This document shows positions 63,290 to 64,000 of a DNA stretch of 64,000 bases, piece by piece. Origin of the DNA: Malacoraja senta. Its lineage: Eukaryota. The notes beneath the pieces were generated by a model. It saw only the letters and a program-made list of their open reading frames with translations, was not told the DNA's origin and did not search any database. Position 1 is the first letter of the stretch. Every line of letters begins with the position of its first letter. The stretch covers positions 2,232,001 to 2,296,000 of the forward strand of contig CM075991.1 of the NCBI GenBank assembly GCA_038087875.1. Direction: 5' to 3'. The translations under genes and the position numbers were made by a program.

Positions 63290-63563
63290 GTAGACAAAAG
63301 TGCTGGAGAAACTCAGCGGGTGCAGCAGCATCTATGGAGCGAAGGAAATAGGCACGTTTCAGCGAAACCCTTCTTCAGACTGATGTCCCCACCAGTCCCC
63401 ATCAGTCTGATGTCCCCACCAGTCCCCATCAGTCTGAAGAAGGGTTTCGGCCCGAAACGTTGCCTATTTCCTTCGCTCCATAGATGCTGCTGCACCCGCT
63501 GAGTTTCTCCAGCATTTTTGTCTACCTTCGATTTTCCAGCATCCGCAGTTCCTTCTTAAGCAT
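63290..63563. mobile_element. Fold-back Penelope terminal-repeat element
   Basis: ~97-bp near-perfect inverted arms; 13-bp TSD gaagtcaccgtga; hammerhead core at 63434-63461. Confidence 0.9.
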
Positions 63564-63922
63564 GAAGTCACCGTGAAACGACCTATAAAATGGACACTAG
63601 GAGAGACCAAGAAGCATTTGGGGAGCTCAGATATGAGAGCAGCAAGAAAACAACTGGTGGGGAATTGTCAGCTCCAGTGGAATATGTTGGATTGGGGAAT
63701 ACACACAGCCCCAGGATGGATCAAGTTGGGATAAGGCTATATAAGAACGTTGAGGATACGACCTTTGCACTTGGCTCGAGGAGCTGGTTGGGCATAAGGC
63801 TGTCTGGGTGGAACTGTGGAGTTTTTGAAGATGAGAATGCAACACAGAATTTTGCAAGTACATTCTCCTGTTCAATTTGATTATCCTATATTCCTATATT
63901 CTTGTCTTTTTGGACTGGCGGC

Positions 63923-64000
63923 CAGTGAGTAGTGGCGTGTCTCAGGGATCAGTGAGCAGTGGCGTGTCTCAGGGATCAGTGAGCAGTGACGTGTCTCAGG
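63923..64000 (+). repeat. 27-bp tandem repeat derived from CR1 RT sequence (runs off the window)
   Basis: cagtgagcagtggcgtgtctcagggat x ~3. Confidence 0.9.

Noticed and set aside
63590..63880. 96-aa ORF
   Set aside because: No recognisable motif or splice structure

Overview
This is eukaryotic, transposon-saturated intronic or intergenic DNA, with no confidently identifiable host protein-coding exon. The repeat content (HE1-type tRNA-derived V-SINEs with (CTAAA)n tails, CR1/HER1-type LINEs) points to a cartilaginous fish, probably a skate or ray (inference). Almost all long ORFs are retrotransposon remnants: CR1 RT (one uninterrupted ~800-aa ORF), Rex1/Babar RT, an L2 C-terminus, Penelope GIY-YIG endonuclease and a Gypsy integrase tail. 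DNA elements include PIF/Harbinger MITEs with TWA target duplications, hAT MITEs with 8-bp TSDs and a non-autonomous Helitron. The most notable signal is a set of tiny ribozyme-bearing retroelements. One is a 142-bp TSD-flanked element whose 5' end folds as a minimal HDV-like ribozyme (59412-59553). The others are about 20 Penelope-derived minimal hammerhead motifs, some inserted as short or fold-back units with their own TSDs. Also present are a TRIM-like Gypsy derivative, a bipartite RTE derivative and two local templated-copy rearrangements. Family assignments come from motif recognition only, no database search was run, and boundaries of old fragments are approximate.
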